From NCBI GenBank assembly GCA_001430755.1, contig CP013062.1, positions 630,001 to 662,000 on the forward strand: DNA of 32,000 nt, in the 5' to 3' direction. The notes under the pieces are model-generated. The model did no database searches. It was not told the DNA's origin and saw only the letters and a program-made list of their open reading frames with translations. This DNA is from Candidatus Peribacter riflensis. Lineage in GTDB: Bacteria > Patescibacteriota > Gracilibacteria > Peribacterales > Peribacteraceae. This document shows, piece by piece, positions 29,432 through 32,000 of this stretch. The translations under genes were made by a program, and so were the position numbers. Every line of letters starts with the position of its first letter. Within the stretch, counting starts at the first letter, position 1.

Positions 29432-30607
29432 ATGACTATTCAGGAAGCCACAAATCCGCAGGAGTGGGATGCCTTTCTCGCCACGCAAACCTTCCGCCCG
29501 TTCCTGCAGAGCTGGACGATGGGCGAGGTGTATCGCGACACCAAGCAGGAACCCATCCGGCTGGAGGTGCGCGAAGGGCAAGAGATCGTAGCGATTTGTC
29601 TGGCAATTCTCGTTCCCGCGAGGCGCGGCCGCCACCTGATGATCCCCTACGGACCGGTCATGCGAAGTACAGAGTACGGAGTACAAAGTACGGAAGTATT
29701 CAATCTTCTTCTTGAAAAGCTGAAGCGGGTCGCCAAAGAACACCGCTGCTCTTTCATCCGCATGAGTCCCTTCTGGCCTTCCGATTTCCCGAGTTCCCGA
29801 GTTCCCTCCGCCATCCCTTCTCCCCTCCACCTGCTCGCCGAACATCTCTGGTACCTGCCGCTGCAGACGCCGGATCCCTGGCAATTTAATTCCCCTCTCA
29901 CCGCGGGAGAGGGGTTAGGGGTGAGGGGCACTCACCGTACGGAGGAAGAACTGCTCGCAGGGCTGCGCAAGACGACCCGGAACCTGGTGCGACGCGCGGA
30001 GCGTGATGGCGTGACCGTAGAAGCTTCAAAAGATCCGAACCGCGAGATCGAACACTTCATCGCACTGCACGAAGAGACCCGCCAGCGCCACGGATTCACC
30101 CCCTACACACACGCGTTCTTTCGCTCGCAGGTACGCCGCTTTTCCGCACGCAACGAATGCACGCTCTACCTCGCGCGCTTTCAGGGCGAAGTGGCTGCGG
30201 CCTCCATCCACATGCACGCCTTCGGCGAATGTAGCTACCACCACGGCGCCAGTACGCACCGCCTCTCCAAAGTGCCGACGAGCTACCTGCTGCAGTGGAC
30301 GGCCATCCGCGATGCGCTCAAACGCGGTGATCACGTGTACAACTTCTGGGGGATTGCCCCCGTGATCGGGAATCGGGAATCGGGAATCGGACCCAGGACA
30401 TCGGAACAAGAACAGGGATCTTCCCGAAGTCCGAATCCCGAATCCCGAATTCCTTCATCCCATCCCTTCGCCGGCGTCACGCTCTTCAAGACCGGGTTCG
30501 GCGGCGGGCTGCTCCCCCTGACGCACTGCATGGATTTTCCCCTGTCTGCGCGGTACCATCTCACCCGTGCCTTCGAACTCCTCCGCAAATGGCGCAGAGG
30601 ATTCTGA
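29432..30607 (+). CDS. FemAB-family peptidoglycan interpeptide aminoacyltransferase-like protein with four in-frame repeat modules
   Basis: WDAFLATQTFRPFLQSWTMGE, LMIPYGPV, RKTTRNLVRRAERDGV, ALHEETRQRHGF and LFKTGFGG resemble the FemAB/FemX family (PF02388-like). ATG 29432 lies 7 nt after TAGAAT. Confidence 0.7.
   Translation: MTIQEATNPQEWDAFLATQTFRPFLQSWTMGEVYRDTKQEPIRLEVREGQEIVAICLAILVPARRGRHLMIPYGPVMRSTEYGVQSTEVFNLLLEKLKRVAKEHRCSFIRMSPFWPSDFPSSRVPSAIPSPLHLLAEHLWYLPLQTPDPWQFNSPLTAGEGLGVRGTHRTEEELLAGLRKTTRNLVRRAERDGVTVEASKDPNREIEHFIALHEETRQRHGFTPYTHAFFRSQVRRFSARNECTLYLARFQGEVAAASIHMHAFGECSYHHGASTHRLSKVPTSYLLQWTAIRDALKRGDHVYNFWGIAPVIGNRESGIGPRTSEQEQGSSRSPNPESRIPSSHPFAGVTLFKTGFGGGLLPLTHCMDFPLSARYHLTRAFELLRKWRRGF
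29664..29698 (+). repeat. Heptamer array NNAGTAC x4-5, in frame in the FemAB-like CDS
   Basis: gaagtac agagtac ggagtac aaagtac ggaagta, encoding RSTEYGVQSTEV. Confidence 0.85.
29779..29830 (+). repeat. Octamer array CCGATTTC, CCGAGTTC x2 plus a C-rich tail, in frame in the FemAB-like CDS
   Basis: Same CCGAGTTC unit as 20065-20088. Encodes SDFPSSRVPSAIPSPL. Confidence 0.85.
29892..29928 (+). repeat. GC hairpin module CCCCTCTC-loop-GAGAGGGG + TTAGGGGTGAGGGG, in frame in the FemAB-like CDS
   Basis: 8-bp stem at 29892-29914, same family as 19300-19334 and 19459-19520. Encodes SPLTAGEGLGVRG. Confidence 0.85.
30364..30470 (+). repeat. Inverted heptamer arrays (ATCGGGA x3 left; CCGAAGT, CCGAATC x2, CCGAATT right), ~105 nt, in frame in the FemAB-like CDS
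   Basis: Encodes GNRESGIGPRTSEQEQGSSRSPNPESRIPSSHP between two conserved-looking blocks (NFWGIAP ... FAGVTLFKTGFGG). Confidence 0.9.
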
Positions 30608-30637
30608 GCACGATCACCTCTTCATTCCCTCGCCCCG

Positions 30638-30937
30638 ATGCCCGTTCCCCTCAAATCCCCTCCACCGGACAACGTGACGCAGATCCTCGAGATCCTCAAG
30701 CGCATGGACCGCCGTGACAGGCTTCGCACAATCGGGGGCTTCATTCGGGGCATCTTCAGCATCATTCCGATCGTGATCGTCATCTTCCTCACGTGGTACA
30801 CCATCAAGTACGGGGATCAGCTCCTCGAGAAAATCACCACCATGGCTGCAGAGCAGGCGGGCCGGGTGGCGAAGCAGAACACCATCACCAACTTCATGGA
30901 CGAGTTCAATGCCCTCAACCAGAAGCTGAAGAAGTAG
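30638..30937 (+). CDS. Small single-TM membrane protein (99 aa), unknown function
   Basis: ATG ORF with a central TM (FIRGIFSIIPIVIVIFLTWYTI) and charged flanks. Confidence 0.5.
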   Translation: MPVPLKSPPPDNVTQILEILKRMDRRDRLRTIGGFIRGIFSIIPIVIVIFLTWYTIKYGDQLLEKITTMAAEQAGRVAKQNTITNFMDEFNALNQKLKK

Positions 30938-30948
30938 AAAGCAATAGC

Positions 30949-31017
30949 ATGTGTCATGGTGAGCTCTGTCGAACCATGGCACATCACGTCATCCTTCGAC
31001 AGTGCTCAGGATGACAG
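30949..31017. repeat. Double-hairpin GC element between convergent genes (TGTGTCATGG..CCATGGCACA; GTCATCCT..AGGATGAC)
   Basis: Stem 1: 30950-30959 with 30974-30983 (9 of 10 bp). Stem 2: 30988-30995 with 31008-31015 (8 of 8 bp). The sequence class (..GGTGAGC..GTCGAACC.. / ..TTCGACAG.GCTCAGGATGAC..) recalls dispersed elements often mistranslated as short ORFs. Confidence 0.75.
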
Positions 31018-31024
31018 TCAGCTT

Positions 31025-32000
31025 TCATGTTCCGCTTCCTTTCACCATAGTCAGCACTTCCTGATCCGTGGCAGTGGGCGAGACTAAGAAGCTCGGGAGT
31101 CTGAGCAGCTGTTCGCGCTGGAACGTGCGGTCCGGCGCCACACCCACCCCCAGCAGGTACCCGGCCTGCGCGGCATATTGGGCAACCCGATCGTTCACGC
31201 CGCCTTCCGGATAGCCGACCACGCGCACCTGTCCGTGCGTGTACTCCTCCAGAAGCTTGCGACTCTGCTTGAGCTCCAGCTCCACCTGGGCGTTGGTGAG
31301 TGAGCGCAGGTCATCGCCGGTGTGGCCGGCCGATTCCAGATCAAACCCGTTGGCCTGCAGGGTCAGGAGTGTCTTTTCGGTGATGCCGGATAAACCGAGC
31401 TCCTTGGTCGGGATGAAAAGGGTGGCCTTCACGCCTGCGGCAATGAGCGCATCCGAGGCCTCGCGCACGTTCTGCGCAGTGATATCCGATACCGCAATCA
31501 CCACGGCCTTGGGCGGCAGGCGCACATCCTTCTCCTGCTGCCGCAGGAGTAAATCGGCGAACTGTGCCATCGTCAGGAACGACACCCCCTCCGCTTTCAG
31601 CTTCGGCAGGTGCCGCTGCAGTGCGGCCAGCCCCCCCGCCTGTGCCAGACGGTAGTGCAGGATCGGGAGTGTGAACGCATTCTGGCGGACGAGGAAATTC
31701 GGGAGGAACGGCGACAGGTACTGCATCGCCACGTAGCCCTCTTTGCCTTGGAAGGAGATGCGGGCCCAGTTCTCGTCGTGGCTGAGAGGTTTCACGAAAG
31801 ACTGTCCGGGCAGCTCCCCCAGTTTCTCGCTCTCGGAATCCGCGGCCTTGCGGACGTTCACGAAGCCGAAGTTCACGAAATACTGGCCCTGAAACGCCTC
31901 CTTCTCCTTCTTCAGCTGATCCTCAGACACGAGCTTGGCGACGTACCGCTGCGAGACGAATCCCTCACGGTTGTCGGCCAGACGCACCTTGGCCCACGCT
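31025..32000 (-). CDS. SH3b-domain + polysaccharide deacetylase (NodB-homology) protein, C-terminal part (gene continues beyond right edge)
   Basis: The frame stays open to the edge (..AWAKVRLADNREGFVSQRYV is an SH3b-like end). A second SH3b-like unit follows (VNVRKAADSESEKLGELPGQSFVKPLSHDENWARISFQGKEGYVAMQYL), then a deacetylase-like body (ILHYRL.., VVIAVSD, ATLFIPT, GHTGDDL, VVGYPEGG). Confidence 0.7.
   Translation of the reverse strand, partial: AWAKVRLADNREGFVSQRYVAKLVSEDQLKKEKEAFQGQYFVNFGFVNVRKAADSESEKLGELPGQSFVKPLSHDENWARISFQGKEGYVAMQYLSPFLPNFLVRQNAFTLPILHYRLAQAGGLAALQRHLPKLKAEGVSFLTMAQFADLLLRQQEKDVRLPPKAVVIAVSDITAQNVREASDALIAAGVKATLFIPTKELGLSGITEKTLLTLQANGFDLESAGHTGDDLRSLTNAQVELELKQSRKLLEEYTHGQVRVVGYPEGGVNDRVAQYAAQAGYLLGVGVAPDRTFQREQLLRLPSFLVSPTATDQEVLTMVKGSGT

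Noticed and set aside
2148-30470. Possibility that the short tandem arrays are CRISPR arrays
   Set aside because: The periods are 7-8 nt with no unique spacers, many copies lie in frame inside genes, and no cas genes are present. This is incompatible with CRISPR architecture.

Overview
GC-rich bacterial window on a compact housekeeping backbone, with about 40 supportable CDSs and 4 tRNAs. All four tRNAs encode their CCA ends.

Gene content, left to right:
- ftsA (5' part), stand-alone 5'-3' exonuclease, a half-size GT5/GlgA-like protein, an Nramp-superfamily transporter
- tRNA-Lys, a CNNM/CorC-type transporter, truB, a VirB2/TrbC-like small pilin protein, a PRC-barrel protein, prs
- tRNA-Ile, a large membrane-anchored hypothetical, ruvC, recF, a NUDIX hydrolase, rpmG (L33), trxB
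- an RTX-repeat protein, a phosphoribosyltransferase, tRNA-Leu
- a PP-loop protein next to murD (a candidate murL-murD2 pair)
- grpE, a CaCA antiporter, two lipoproteins, tRNA(CAT)
- an alpha/beta hydrolase, a membrane-anchored MurF, a DegT-family aminotransferase, an SDR, a FemAB-family transferase
- an SH3b plus polysaccharide deacetylase gene that runs off the right edge

The small-protein repertoire (pilin-like, DUF5652-like, PRC-barrel) and the compactness suggest a reduced-genome, CPR/Patescibacteria-like organism. That is inference only. I saw no CRISPR array, IS element, integrase or recognisable defence operon.

What stands out is structural:
1. Several families of 7-8 nt tandem-repeat arrays and small GC hairpin modules fill many intergenic junctions. 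They also sit in frame inside conserved genes: the MurL-like gene, murD, the FemAB-family gene, the hydrolase, the ruvC and recF tails, and the degT start.
2. A 1.1-kb single-gene segment (the CNNM transporter) is bounded by 34-bp direct repeats. It has displaced a synonymously recoded copy of the truB 3' end next to tRNA-Lys.
3. Many genes look leaderless, with a -10 box 6-8 nt upstream of the ATG. One 18-bp divergent spacer holds two overlapping -10 boxes.
4. A dispersed structured motif accompanies the tRNA genes.

All calls come from reading the sequence and from remembered family motifs. No searches or computations were run.
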